Positions 63,815 to 64,000 of a DNA stretch of 64,000 nucleotides are shown here, one piece after another. The notes beneath the pieces are model-generated. The model was not told the origin of the DNA. It saw only the letters and a program-made list of their open reading frames with translations, and ran no database searches. The stretch lies in the NCBI GenBank assembly GCA_963716255.1, contig OY970303.1, positions 5,632,001 through 5,696,000 of the forward strand. The letters are read 5' to 3'. The position numbers and the translations under genes were made by a program. The DNA is from an uncultured Gemmatimonadales bacterium. GTDB taxonomy: Bacteria; Gemmatimonadota; Gemmatimonadetes; Longimicrobiales; Longimicrobiaceae. How positions within the stretch are numbered: the first letter of the stretch is position 1; every line of letters starts with the position of its first letter.

Positions 63815-64000
63815 ATGAACCCCGTCATCGCCGAGATCCCGCCGTCGATCATCCGGGCGATCAACGCCCGCAAGAAGCCGGGAGACATCGACCTGTGCAT
63901 GGGCGAGCCCACACTCCGTCCCGATCCCGCCCCGTTCGAAGCGGCGACGGAATGGGTGCGCCGCCACGGCTGCCCCTATACCCCCAACGCCGGCTGGGAC
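63815..64000 (+). CDS. PLP-dependent aminotransferase class I/II (5' part; runs off the right edge)
   Basis: MNPVIAEIPPSIIRAI...IDLCMGEP...YTPNAG. Confidence 0.75.
   Translation, partial: MNPVIAEIPPSIIRAINARKKPGDIDLCMGEPTLRPDPAPFEAATEWVRRHGCPYTPNAGWD

Overview
GC-rich bacterial chromosomal window; the gene content suggests Gemmatimonadota (Longimicrobium-like), which is inference only. No rRNA, tRNA, CRISPR array or transposase was seen. About 58 credible CDS are present, mostly housekeeping or accessory enzymes: acyl-CoA dehydrogenase, deoC, ispH, dapD/dapE, sodC, sufE, Hsp20, two GH13 glucosidases, a TonB receptor, BlaI/BlaR1, a CarH-like regulator and a lone C-A-PCP NRPS. The main candidate novel system is three tandem small lipoprotein-type precursor genes (25116-26519). 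Together they carry 13 variant Arg-flanked nonapeptides (GGxxxGSGN) and converge on a cytoplasmic TPR-like protein. The same architecture recurs at 3105-4612 with a single core, and a third, orphan TPR paralog lies at 27997-29265. This resembles an undescribed multi-core peptide/TPR-receptor (Rap-Phr/RRNPP-like) signalling family. Other notable items: two families of dispersed structured intergenic repeats with covarying stems and a shared AAAC(A/T)GCC loop; a secreted six-Cys defensin-like peptide; three Fur-like boxes; a duplicated BlaI-type promoter/operator; and an HFS-motif lipoprotein next to a TPR-HD-GYP gene. All calls come from reading motifs by eye, with no database search.
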